A stretch of DNA of 64,000 nt, from the NCBI GenBank assembly GCA_035084275.1, contig CM068755.1:12772001-12836000 (forward strand), given 5' to 3'. This stretch comes from Hydrolagus colliei. Its lineage: Eukaryota. The position numbers and the translations under genes are program-made. Shown here piece after piece: positions 38,850 through 51,051 of the stretch. Under the pieces are notes generated by a model, which worked only from the letters and a program-made list of their open reading frames with translations, did not search any database and was not told the DNA's origin. Position 1 is the stretch's first letter, and the number at the start of each line of letters is the position of its first letter.

Positions 38850-38955
38850 ATAAAATACTGCAGATGCTGGAAATCTGAAACAAAAACAGAAGTCTGGGAA
38901 CACTCAACAGGTAACACTCTACTTGCTGAATGTTCACAGCAAGTTCTGTTTTTGT
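38850..38955. mobile_element. palindromic (fold-back) repeat remnant resembling a common shark Penelope-associated palindromic element
   Basis: AAAATACTGCAGATGCTGGAAATCTGAAACAAAAACAGAA is followed by arms 38880-38913 and 38920-38955, which are imperfect reverse complements. The family assignment is from memory. Confidence 0.6.
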
Positions 38956-41900
38956 AAACAGAAAACAATGTTGATTGTCAAACACGGCCCTTACTCTGTT
39001 AAATATTGTATATTAATGATATTGTGTTAATGCCACCAACATTATTGTGCATATGTTAATGGTGAAAGAAACTCCATCTAGTCTTATTTAAAACGCACAA
39101 AAAGGTTTGCTATGAAGCAGTGCCTAAAATTATATGTAGTGGTGAGGGAGGAGAAGGGAGGAGTTGAGGGTAAATTACTATCTCACATCCCCGAATTGTG
39201 CAAAGATTTTCAACCTCATTATCCGCCCAGAAGTTAACCTATGGCTTGATGTGGTCACTGAAGTGTTTCTCATTTTGTCTAGTTCCTTTTGTTGCTCTGT
39301 AGATTAGGTTTATCATATAAAAATCAACTCTTTGTGTTCACTCTCATTCTCCTCTGCTCTAGTCTAAAGTTCAAGGTTATGTACATAAGTATTATCAAAC
39401 AAGATAATGGCAATTATGCTGCTGAAATTCTCTAATGTGCCTGTTAATAAATGATTGGTGTATTTTAAAAAAGATTTTAATACTGTAGTCAAATGGATTT
39501 TATGAGGGAATAAGCATTACGGAACATTTGGGAACTGGCGTTGCCTGTCACTGCCTGACATTACTTTTTAAGAGCTACATTAGTCCCAAATGAAACCTTC
39601 TGTAAAGTACACTTTGTTCTCTTCCCTCCTATGCCTTGCTTAGACCTAACCTTCCCACACCTCTATCATTATCTCCCTGTCTGAATTGCTGCTCACTGCT
39701 ATCAGCTGCACCTGTGCTTTGGCTTGCACCATTGCCCATGTACACAATAAAGTCCTTGACCCAACCAGCTTGCAACAAACGACTTTAACCCTTTACTCCC
39801 TGCTGTAAGGGCAGCATTTATTCCACTCAGTTTATGTCCTTTGGTGAATAATCCTGAGGGATATTCCTGTTTAATGAAACTACTTTGCTGCCCTCGTCAA
39901 ATTGCTTTAATTCCAACCAATGTTTGATCTCCGGAGACATTACGACAATCTATTTATCGTTGCGTTGTCCAGGATCACTTTTCCAACCTTCCGCACACTA
40001 AACCAATTTTAAAAATTAATTTTTAATGAATTTATTAATGATTTATTAACTTTCCATTACAGAACTAGTACCGCAAAAAGGAGGACAAAAGCAGAAACAT
40101 TTATGAATAGGGATGATTTATGAAATGATGTGCTTAAGAGAGAGAGACACAGATAAAAATTGAATTGGAATCAAATTGCAAACATTGCTCATGATTGTAA
40201 TTCACTTTATTTAACCAGTTTCACAAGACTCACAGGGCCCGGAATATTTTACATGGTGCAATAAATTGCCAGAATTAGGAAGACCCATAAAAAGGGAACA
40301 AGTTGTTGATACGAGCTACGGGCATTGCTGTGTCTCAAGCATAGGATGCAGGATAAAGTCTACAATTTGCCTTGTGGCAAGTTCCAGACACCAACTATAC
40401 CATTGTCGGCTTTGACGAGCTGAGGCCAGATGGAGACAGAAAAAAAGGTGATGATCAATCACCCCAGGCCACTCTCAACATCTCCTGGCCGCCACTGTTC
40501 CCCCACAAACACACACAGCTAGTTGTAGGGTAGCATTGACAAAGGCTTGGAAGCAGATCTTCAGGCTTTTCTCCTTGGTTAAACCAGTTATGTGGGGTGT
40601 GAACACACAATGTGGATGGCTTGGAAACTGAACTCTTTGGAAAGCAACAGAACTCCTAATTAAAAACAGAATGAACAATAATACAGTATTCAAGATTCAA
40701 GTATTCATTCAAGATGAGTTTGGCTAATTCTGCATCTACACATCAAATCACACTGAGTTTTCTTTAAACTTGGCACATTATCTGAGCAAATGGTTAGAGA
40801 CCTCAGGGCATTGAAAGAAGAATGTGAGTGAGTTGCCGTTCTATCTCCTCAGCTGGAGAAATGGTGTGTGAGAAGAGGAGGATCTAAAATTGAAACCTAT
40901 GTTTCAAAATTGAAACCTAAACCTATAACATATCTGTTATTGAAAGCAATTCCTATTTGTATGTCTCAAATTTTTAATAAAAGGTCCTGTTAATAAATAG
41001 TGCAAATTGGACCTGTTGTACAATATAATTTTGTTGTTGTTGTTGTTATTTACTAAAGATTGAAAAATTTGGTTCAGCAGAGCTAGATAATTTAGAGACC
41101 TGGTTTGTCCAAAGTCGTTCTACTCCAAAATACAACCAGTTGTGTTTGAATGAGCAAACGGGGAAGTTTTCTGTTACTTGGCGAGTGAGCCCCATCCCCC
41201 TCTATTTCTATGACCACCCGCTTGCCCGCATGTCCTGCTGACAGCAAACACTTGAGTAGTTTATTGTACCATCCTGTGTGATGGAGTACAGCTGTCAACC
41301 TGTACAAGTCCACTTTGAAAAGCCGTCATGTAGCATCATCCAACTGCTTCCACAGTGACAAGCTCAAATAGCAAATCAGCTATTTGCTGAGCTGCAGACA
41401 GAAGTTGACAAGTAACCTCCCCCCCCACCCCCACCCATTAGAAGTGACAGGGAGACCATATACTCATGACTTAGTATATAAAAGAAACTAATTTATTTCA
41501 TATAAAAAAGGTTTATTTGTATAGTGACTATGATTCACTTTACAATATTCAAGATCAGTCACCAATTATCAGCCCAGAAGTAATGCTTGTCAAACTCTAC
41601 ATAGCAGAAACGTCCGAGGCATTACTCTCAATGGCAACCTATGCTTATTTAGCTGTTTAAACTGAAGCAGCATCTCAACATGGTCTCTGGGGTGACCCAA
41701 GCCTTGACTCTTGCCAACCTACACCTGATTGATACCTTGCAGAATTAGATGAGCAGGGAGAGAATGTGCACTCCATTCCAGATCAATTTGATGCAAATGT
41801 GCATCTAAAAGTAGTTTGGTTTTGAAGCCTCAAGCACAGTGATGAGTTTGCATGTGTGACAGACACCCAGCTGACCAAAACAAGTGGTAGGCATTAGCTA

Positions 41901-42654
41901 GAAAATTTTAATGGATAAAATGCTTCCATAACAATAATAAATAGTATTGGCATATCTGTTATTTACTTTCCACTGGATTGTTTTGGTAAAAAGTGAAGTT
42001 AAACTGTAAATTGTATTATAACCAGACCTCAGACAACATGCTCTCGGCTGTGTGAAGTAGTTCCAGAGAATTAATTCAGTTATGCCATATGAAGACTATC
42101 CCTTGAAACCATACTTTACTAATTGAGCAAGGTGAAAAAGACATTAAGCAGCAGAAAATAAAGTGGCAGTTCAGCAAAAGAATGATTTGTTAAACAAGAC
42201 TCTTGCATAATATGTCCAAAGTGTAATTACTGCAGCCTGAGTTTCCAGATGCTCTTTGATGAACAGATACCTTCCAACAATTGCCCAGTGCCAAAATGTT
42301 TGTTGCTGTTGGAAAGTGATGTCAAAAAGGAAAGGACACGGCAACTACATTAAAACCAAATATTCATGAAAGTTTGGTATTCTCTACAGCAGGCCAGCGT
42401 GGCGACAGTCACTGTACTAATTTGTACAAGAAGAATGGCCACAAAGAAGAATCACCCATCACTCCCTTCAAGGAGAAGTAACAGTATGAAAGCAATACAA
42501 TTAACAATCAATGCCAAGGCATGTAACCTGGAGCTTCTCTGTTGGACTTGTGCATATAATAGTAGGCCATAGAGACTGGAAGGTTACAGGTTTGAGCAGG
42601 GTTTCCTCTTCCTCATTGCTAACCAGAGTGTCCTAGATGTGTGTGGCTGTTGGG

Positions 42655-42740
42655 TCATGTCTTCTAGACGTCTCAAAGCACTTCAGAGATTATACTGTGA
42701 ATTGTATTGACTGTATCATTTATGGGTAAAATACATGTAC
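42655..42740 (-). mobile_element. internal 3' fragment of the (ATT)n SINE
   Basis: TCATGTCTTCTAGACGTCTCAAAGCACTTCA...TACTGTGAATTGTATTGACTGTAT matches 1653-1720. Confidence 0.75.
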
Positions 42741-45069
42741 ACCAATATTTCTCCCCCCCCCCCCCCCACTACCGGGTAAGAAATCAGAAAAACTCTTGAG
42801 ACTGACTGTTGAATGAAGACGTATTTTAAGAATATCCCACAATTCTGTGTAATCTTCAATTTGACGACAACATAGACTTACCAGATAAAACAAGGTAAAT
42901 CCTGGGCCTTATGTGGTGTTAGAAAGTACCTTCCAATTGCTATGGGGAGGAAATGGTTTTGACAATCATTTTACCATTAAGATCACATTTAAGTTACTGA
43001 TGCCCTGGAGTAATTTCCCAGTGTTTCCCAGTGTCATCAGTAAAATCACCAGAGCATCAGTAAACCAATTTGCCACTGAAATGGAAAACTATCAAGCCTT
43101 CTAGAATACTCAATAAAATGACCGCTGTTAAAGGTTTCCCTTAACAAGTTGTTTAATTCCTCCTGCCCTGTGTTACATAATTTGATTGCTTTATCATGTA
43201 ACACCAGAAACATTGGGACGAAATTTCACCATTCACTTTGATTAAAAAAAGGACTATTTACCAGATAATTGAAGGACAAAAAGTACTGTAAATTTTTAGC
43301 ATTTGTTTACCACAAATGGAAAGAAATACAATATTAACTTAGAAATCATTTTTACTTTCCTGTTTTTTTAAAAAAAATGTTGAAGCAATGAGGGCATCAT
43401 GTGAGTTACTGCTTTGAAGGTGTTACTGAAGTTAACAGGCAAAGAAGCCAATTTGATGTAGTCATTAATGTAAAGTGCTGCAGTTTCCCCTCTGCTTGTT
43501 AATCAGCTCCCTAAGGCTGTCAGATTCATTATGACTTCCAAGCCAGCTCCCCTGATGATATTATCAGCCCTTATGGTTCGTAATAAAAACATGTTAAAAA
43601 CTCAAAAATACAGGAAAACAAAAATAAACAAAAGACTGCTAAAGTTAATGTCTTTTTTTATTAGCTAATTCTTTTAAAGGGTATCAATGAAAAAAAAGAT
43701 GAATCAGAATAAAGGACAGTGGCCAAAATCCCGATTAATGATTCAAGAGGGTATGGAATTAAGTCTATCTTCCGAGGCTAAGGAGAAAGATATTGGACAC
43801 TAATTCAACTTACACTACAATTGAGTACACATTGGACTGTAGACAATACCTAAGCTCTCGTAATGTCCAACGTATGGTGACTGCTTGATGAAAGGTAAAT
43901 GCAGGCATCACTTGGAGCCTCTGTGGATAGATTGGTGGAAAAGGGACCATTCAAAGTGCTGGGTTTGGCCGGACAGATGGACTGGGGAACGGAGAAGGCA
44001 ACCAGGGATTTGGCTTCTGATCTCTTCCCAACGGCATTACACCCCACTGGGAAAGACATTTGATATGTCAGGATACAGTCAGGCTCTTTTAAAGCGTGAT
44101 GTCCTCTGCAGCTAATAGTACTCGACTGACATTAGCACAAGGGGAGCTACGCACTGAACTTTTCAAGCTCCAGAAAGAGTAAACTCCCCTACCCCAGAAA
44201 TACACCTCTTCAAATCTAATTCTGGGATGGTACGCTTCATGAGGGGCTCCACATAAATACAAGCTGTTGTTGTTGTTCTTCTAGTGTTGTAATTAAACCC
44301 ATCAGCACATCTTTCCCGTTAGATCAAGTTCAGCTCCACATCACCACAGACCTCTGAAAGTAGCCTGCGGACAGAACCGGGCACCAGAAAGCAGGGGGAA
44401 GAAAGGAGATACTTAGAGTCACTCTCGGAGCATCCCAAACATTTAGATCTACTGATTTCTTCAAAGAAACACTAGAGATGCAGAACTGCATAATATTCCA
44501 CTATTATTTTGAAGGGATTACCCGATCCACAAGTTACTGATACTCCACTTCAGATGCGAGAGATCTGGGATGGATTGATTCTGCTGCTTACACCAAGCAC
44601 TGCAGTGTAAAAAATTGAACCCAGCAGTAGTTATCAATAACATTACCAAGATGTAGTGCATACAAAAGGGTGGGAATTAAAATTTTAACACTATTTCAGT
44701 TGAATCGTAGAATACACATGAAGGCTGGAGGGAATTATTCACATAAGGAGGTGGACAGATGTTTGTCAGGTCAGAGGATCGGGAGTCCTGTAGCTCAGTG
44801 GTTAGAGCACTCGCCTAACAAGCGTGAGACCTGTGTTCAAATCCAGGCTGGTCAGGGCAAAACCTTGGGCAAGTTTCTTTACTCCACACGCCTAATAATA
44901 ATCCCTCAAAAAAACACTAGACTAAATTGATCATTTCAATCCATGACTGTTTGTGGGACACCGCTGTGCATAATTGGCTGCCGCGTTTTGCCCACAAATA
45001 TACAGTCAATTCACTTCACAGTATATTCTCAGCGCTTTGAGACATCTAGAAAACATGAAACGCACTATA

Positions 45070-46241
45070 CAGGTAAACCTCTATTTACGACGGGGTTGCG
45101 TTCCTGAAAAACTGTATGTATATAGAAATGTCCTAAATCGAAACGCGATTTCCCATGCAGTCCCATTATATAACCAGAGACACGTTCTTTTCACAAAATG
45201 TTTGGACCTTAAACCCACTAAATAACACATAAGACTACACAACATAACACACAAATTAACATACGTAGGCAAGAAGGGATACTTGGGGTAACTGTACAGT
45301 ATTGTACTTTAATACTGGCAAACTTTAATACAGTACACTACTGGCAAACTTTAATATAGACAGTGTGACAGTGGCAGTGGCACTTGTAGCTTCCCCGCTT
45401 ATCTTGATGTTCTGGAGCCCATAGCGTCTTTTAAACCTCTGCTAGCACTGAAAGATGGTGCCATTGAGCCTTCTCCTTCCTGATCATTTAACTCCCTAAA
45501 CAATGATTTTGCCTTCTCTTGGATAACCAGGGTGTTGAGTGATATATTACGCTGGTTCTGATTCTCAATCCAGACACTCAGCATTCTTTCCATGTTTTCC
45601 ATCACATCACTCCTGTTTTGCTAATCTGTTTACACCTGTAGCTGTAACACACCTTGAACCTTGTCAGTATATTGTCCTTATTCTGTTTTATAGTAGCCAT
45701 CATCGATCTAGCTAGCCCTAAAGAACTCCTGACGTCCGTACCTTTTTCACCAGAATCGATGCGCTTTATCACCTTCAATTTGGTATTTAAAGTGATGACT
45801 TTGCGGGGTTTCTGGCCACTAGTGGTATTATCGCTGCTCATTTCACTTACTGCTGTCTGTTCCCGACTTGCTATAATCACAGTAGAGGCTGTAAATCGCT
45901 TGAAGTTGCTCGGGAATATTCGGGAATGTTCAGAAATTACTGTAATACTGGCATGGTGTCACTTCAAAATCAGCTAGTTTTTAAACAATGACGTGGCAAC
46001 ATGGTATTGGCTAGTTCAAATGCTTGGATTTACCCACGAATACACTATGGACTGTGCATATGGACAAAAAGGACGCGCGAAATGCGACCGCAATATTCAA
46101 AATATGTACTGCGCATGCACAAAAAAATGTTTGGTCCTTAAAACAAATCCAAGTGTCGTACACGATCAAAAGGTGTTAAAAAATGATGGTCCTTCAATCG
46201 AAATGTCCTAAATAGAAGCGTCGTAAATCGAGGCTTACCTG
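45070..46241 (-). mobile_element. Tigger/pogo (Tc1-mariner superfamily) DNA transposon, internally deleted, 1172 bp
   Basis: 23-bp TIRs CAGGTAAACCTCTATTTACGACG and CAGGTAAGCCTCGATTTACGACG (2 mismatches). TA target duplication at 45068-69 and 46242-43. Contains a transposase remnant. Confidence 0.95.
45379..45841 (-). pseudogene. Tigger transposase N-terminal remnant (CENP-B-type HTH_psq plus HTH_Tnp_Tc5); DDE domain absent
   Basis: MSSDNTTSGQKPRKVITLNTKLKVIKRIDSGEKGTDVRSSLGLARSMMATIKQNKDNI / MENMERMLSVWIENQNQRNISLNTLVIQEKAKSLF...FSASRG / FKRRYGLQNIKISGEATSA, with two frameshifts. Confidence 0.9.
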
Positions 46242-46669
46242 TATCAAAATGCAAGGATAATTATTATTATTATAATTTTCTACAAGCCAGTGAGTTTCTT
46301 TTAGTTCAGGTGATTTATTATTTTAGTTCAGACTGACACTCCAATACAGCAGTGGAGGGAGCACTGCATTGTTGGAGTGCATCGGATGAGAAGTTAAACT
46401 GAGGTCCTGTCTGCCTGTTTAGATGGATATGAAAGATTCCATGGCGCTAGTCTGAAAGAGAATAAAATTTATTTCTGTGTCCTGGCCAATAATCCCCCAG
46501 AAATAATACGTAATTTGCTTAATGGTTGTTTGTGGTGCACTTATTTGCACAAATTGGCTACCACACCTAGTACCTACAGATACATAATCTCTTCACTTTG
46601 CAATAAAATCCTTTGAAGCACTTTGGGATATTTTGATGAATGCATAAAGCACCATATAAAATGCAAGTA

Positions 46670-46906
46670 CATTAAAAGCCCGTTTATCCGGCACCCTCGG
46701 GACCTGGCCAATGCCAGTTAAAGCACGTGCCGGATATTCGGCCGAAAACACAATCAGTCAGTCAGTCAGTCAGTCAGTCAGTTAATACATACATACATAC
46801 ATAGTGCCGGATAGATTCCGGTTAATCGAATGGGGACATTTGTTTTGAGGTGCTGGTTATAAGGAAATTACCGTTGATTGGGTCATGGATAAATGGGCTT
46901 TTAGTG
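46670..46906. mobile_element. Tigger-like MITE, 237 bp
   Basis: 20-bp TIRs CATTAAAAGCCCGTTTATCC and CACTAAAAGCCCATTTATCC (2 mismatches). TA on both sides (46668-69 and 46907-08). Internal repeated TGCCGGATA motifs. Confidence 0.85.
46755..46803. repeat. compound microsatellite (CAGT)n-(ATAC)n inside the MITE
   Basis: About 7 CAGT units, then TA, then about 4.5 ATAC units. Confidence 0.9.
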
Positions 46907-48090
46907 TATTATTATTGTTTTGAACACTCTTTAAAAGCTTGGATACAAAATACACGAATGGGTGGATCCAATTACTCATTGTTTTATAATCAAAAGCACA
47001 TCATCTAGTTGAACAATTTCCATCCTATTTAATTTATTAAGACCATTTTAAATATAAACAAAAGGAAATACTGAGATAAATCCCTGTACGCAAAGAAACT
47101 ACTGCACAGAAGGAAACCATTTGGCCCAGGCATCCTACCCTGATCAGTGCTCCTATACTGTAATCCCAATTCTCTGTTGATTCACTATAGTCTCCAATCA
47201 CAGCAGAGAATAGAACTGAGAAAGAAGCCTTCAATTCAGGTCTTGTTGCAACCTGGATGGAGAAATGTCAAAGCCTGGAAATAAATTTTATCTTTCCGTC
47301 AGCCTGTGCTATTTCCTGTTTCTTAGGCTCCACCTGTTCACTTTGGACAGACCAACTCCCGAACATTCCCCAGGCAATCCTCAGGTGTGTTCTTAAGGAT
47401 CCTTATTATTATTTTGACATGCTGCACTGTGTTAATTTATTGCTGCTATGAGTTGAAGCAGTTTGTATTGCTTGCCATTACAAGGATCTCAAGTGGACAA
47501 TGCAGGAAAGAATTGTTACCATGCTAACAAATGGAGAGATGTCTTGAAATGAGATAGTTAAACTTTGTCAAAATAAAGGAAGCTACATAACAACATACAG
47601 TATTAGATTGCTACAAAAACACGCAGAGAGAGAGAAAGAAAAATAATTGCCTTTTAAGGAAATCTGTTGCAGAATTGTTGTGGTAACTATTAGGGTTTAT
47701 TTTTATGTGATTATATAATTTAATGATGCAGCCAGATTCTGAAAATAAAACCAAAGAAATGCTTTATTACTGACAGAAAATAGCAACTTACAGTGAGTTG
47801 GGTGTCAGGGGGAAGGGGGGAGGGTGGTATCTTGGAATAAGAACTGTAACATCTGGAATACATTTGAATTTCATTCTTTTATGTTTTATTCTATTGTTAT
47901 GTTGGGGGTTGGGGGGTGTTGGGAAAGTTAAGATAGTGCTTGGCTTAACATGGCAACTGAAGAAGAATGTGCAACTGCCCTTGGAACCAATATACAATAT
48001 TTGCTATAAACATCGGGTCTTTGGTGTCCAAAGATGCTCTTCACAGGGGCTGAAAAAATAATTGTCAAAACGTAAGCACACAACACGCAA

Positions 48091-48470
48091 TCATGGAATT
48101 GTACAGGACAAAAGGAGGCCATTCAGCCCATCATGTCTGTGGTGGTTCTTTGAGAAGAAACATCCAAATCAATCCCACTTCCCTGCTCTCTACCCATAGC
48201 CCTGCAAATCTGTCCTCCCCAAATAACTATCTAATTCTCTCTTAAAAGTTGTTTTCAATTCAGCTTCCACCACCCTTTTCAGGCATACATTCCAGGTCCT
48301 AACAACTTGCTGTGTGAAAACATTTCTCTTCTCCTCCCCTCTGTTTCTTTTAACAACTATTTTAAATCTGTGTCCCCAGGTTACTGAACTACTTGCCAAT
48401 GGAAATAGTTTCTCCTTGTTCACCCTATTGAATCCCTGATAATTTTGAAAACTTTTATTAAACTTCATGA
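48091..48470 (-). mobile_element. CR1 LINE 3' fragment
   Basis: Encodes GFNRVNKEKLFPLASSSVTWGHRFKIVVKRNRGEEKRNVFTQQVVRTWN.CLKRVVEAELKTTFKRELDSYL, the CR1 ORF2 C-terminus. The 3' UTR has GACATGATGGGCTGAATGGCCTCCTTTTGTCCTGTACAATTCCATG. Confidence 0.92.
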
Positions 48471-50708
48471 CCCAGTGCCTCCGAGATCAAAGGCAGCAGA
48501 AACTCATCCAGACTTTGAGAGGTCTGAAACGTCCATGGACTGCATCTTTGCTTCTGATATCCACAGAAGGTTGCTTCCAAAGCATGAAGGTGTATGGAGG
48601 CATTGAGGTCACATGTGCCATTGCTGAACTAAAATACAGTGATGGAACGAGAACCAAAACAAGAAAGATCTATTGTCTGCGACATGAAGGGCTTCACATT
48701 GCTCAACACAGGGTCTGTTATCAGAAGTGGAATAATTATTACAAGCAAACAGACATTTCAGCTTGACTTTCTGAGTGACCTTCATACCCTATTGGCTCTT
48801 AATCCACAAGCTGGAGAATATAACAACTCAACTATTGCCCTGCGAACTGTCAGAAATCACTGCAGGATACTGCACATTAGGCTTCAAGAGGACTTACTAT
48901 TGGACAACCTGCTGTCAAAATGCTCTAAAATGATTTGACTGTAGGACAGGGTGGTGGTGCAATGCTTAGTGATTAACAGGGAGCTGGGTGAAATTATTGA
49001 TATAATTATCACCAAACTCCAACTGTTGAAGTCATTTTATCACCAAGTCTTTCTGATTAAAATCCTCTTCTGTTCCTATCTTTTTCAGTATGGGAAGTTG
49101 GTTAAAGGCAGCACAGCTAAAGTCATTATCACTTTGCAATTAGGTTCTTATTGTCACATATAAATGTTAGATGATAATATAGCATTGATATATATTATAT
49201 AAATCCTACATTATATATATTTAATATATGATGCAAATACACTATATTGTTCTCCACTCTTATGTTAGACTGTATACACCAAAAACAATTGATAGGTAAC
49301 AATTTAATATACACAAGTCTCACAAAAATATACATACAATTGATGCATCAAAGCATGAGGAAAAAGTCACATTTAACATGAAAGTTTGATGTTACATTTA
49401 GGAAGACAGAAGCAATTAATTTTTTTTCCCCATACCATATAAACGCGCATGAGCTGGTACTGCAAAATAAATATCTCCAGAACTGACTCTGAACATCTAA
49501 AAGATTGGGGTGAAATCATAAAAGGAAATGGCATTTGCGATAACAGATCACTCGCTGTTCAATTCCAAAATGTTATTTTAATAGAATGTTCAATTGACGT
49601 TTCTCACAACTGCCTGATCTGTAATTTTGTCCAGTGCACGGGAGATCCAAAAGACCAAATATAAGTGATAATCTATCTACACCTTGGAATTAATTTTGCA
49701 ATCTTATAGTTTACAATAAACAGCATCTTTAATCCACGCCACCGCAAGTTAAAAACTCATTGCTGGAATGATGCTGGACAAGAAACAGGAGGATGCTTGT
49801 CAAACTGTCCAAACTGTTTAAATCCTGCACTGGGAATGAAATGTTTTTGGAAGGTCTGCTACCAAGGCCAGAGCTTGATCACAATTTACAGGTAAATATA
49901 ATCCTCCCACAGGGCCCAACATGCTTCTCTAATACTTAATCTGGCATGTCTTCAGCCATCCATCAAGGTAAAATGCCTTTAGGACAGAAGGCTAGCGGGC
50001 TTTAATGCCTCCACACATAATAGAGTTGTACTTGGTGTTGCAAATGTTGATTTCTATCAATTAATCAGATGTTCTAATTCTTGCCCTGCTTCTATTGATG
50101 GTCTGGAAAGATCCTCTGGTAACATCCTAGAAAACTGACTTGTTCAAGAATTGTAAATCAGGTAGATTATATTTTGAGGTAAAATTGTAGTCTCTTAACC
50201 CTTTCCTCATGTTAATTAGCGCAAAGGAGATGGAGATTAAATCATGTAAATATTACTCCTACATGTTTATGATATTTCAACTATGGGGATACTTGTTCAT
50301 ACTCAAAGGTAAAAGGATACCAAATGCTAGATATGAATAGCATTCATAAATGGTTATAAAGCAGAATATAGTACAAAAACAATCATGTTAATAAATGAAG
50401 CAGTGATGATAATCAATGTTGAGTTGGGATTCAACATTTAGAGCCCCTGCATGTCCTCTGAATAACTTTTGATCAGGATCTGAGATGAGCATCCAATTCT
50501 TTTCTACATGAGATAGCTGAACTGAAGACAATGACAACAACTTAGCACCTTTCATTAGGAGATGGTCAGAGATCTTAACAGTGGCAGAGCTTGACACCGC
50601 GCCAGGGAGAGAGGGGAGATGACCTGCTAATCCCTGTTCCCAAATTATAGTAACCGGAACTTTGTAAATCTACAAGCATAATAGTCACAGCATTTTGACC
50701 TCCAGCTC

Positions 50709-50768
50709 CTTGGGAAGTGCTCCTGATGTGAAAGGCACTATACAAATATAATTTTGTTGTTGTTGTTG
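50709..50768 (+). mobile_element. L2 3' tail fragment
   Basis: CTTGGGAAGTGCTCCTGATGTGAAAGGCACTATACAAATATAATTT(TGT)n. Confidence 0.75.
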
Positions 50769-51051
50769 CATGATATTGTTAAGAACCATTGATAAAAAGT
50801 CATCCTCATGTTTTTTAATCAATCCTCTAACAAGAAGGCATGATTACAGCTGTTGTTTTGCTTCCTAATCAGAGGAAAAGGCGCCAAATGTTTGGGAAAA
50901 AGTCAGCAAGCAACATGTTGGCTGCAAAATGGTCTACGAGATATAAATTTTATTTTCTGATTATTTCTCTAAACGCAGCTTATAGCAAACAGTAGAAAGC
51001 TGACATTTCTAGTTTACTAATAGCCACATAATCAACCCAATATGTTCATAC

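Larger units (their letters stand above)
44781..46273 (+). mobile_element. full-length (ATT)n tRNA SINE (44781-45069 plus 46244-46273) split by a Tigger insertion
   Basis: Head GGGAGTCCTGTAGCTCAGTGGTTAGAGCACTCGCCTAACAAGCGTGAGACCTGTGTTCAAATCC (A box, B box, AAC loop). The body runs to ...CGCACTATA, and the tail resumes after the insertion as TCAAAATGCAAGGATAA(TTA)n. Confidence 0.92.
46331..46917 (+). mobile_element. 5'-truncated SacSINE1-like Deu-domain SINE (46331-46669, tail resumes at 46909) split by a MITE
   Basis: CTGACACTCCAAT..AG...GAGGGAGCACTGCATTGTTGGAG..TCGGATGAGAAGTTAAACTGAGGTCCTGTCTGCC...AAAGATTCCATGGC...TGTCCTGGCCAAT...GCACAAATTGGCT...CACTTTGGGA...TATAAAATGCAAG, then the insertion, then TTATTATTG. 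Confidence 0.85.

Noticed and set aside
40340-40440. Penelope GIY-YIG remnant (KVYNLPCGK)
   Set aside because: Only a short motif matches, and the expected C..YIGET continuation is absent.
41240-41320. CR1-like RT remnant (PV.MEYSC); similar weak hints at 59545-59690 and 25950-26200
   Set aside because: Too short and frameshifted to support without a search.
44781-44855. tRNA-Val(AAC)-like gene
   Set aside because: It has no proper acceptor stem or terminator, runs straight into the SINE body, and has diverged paralogous heads in the window. It is a SINE head.
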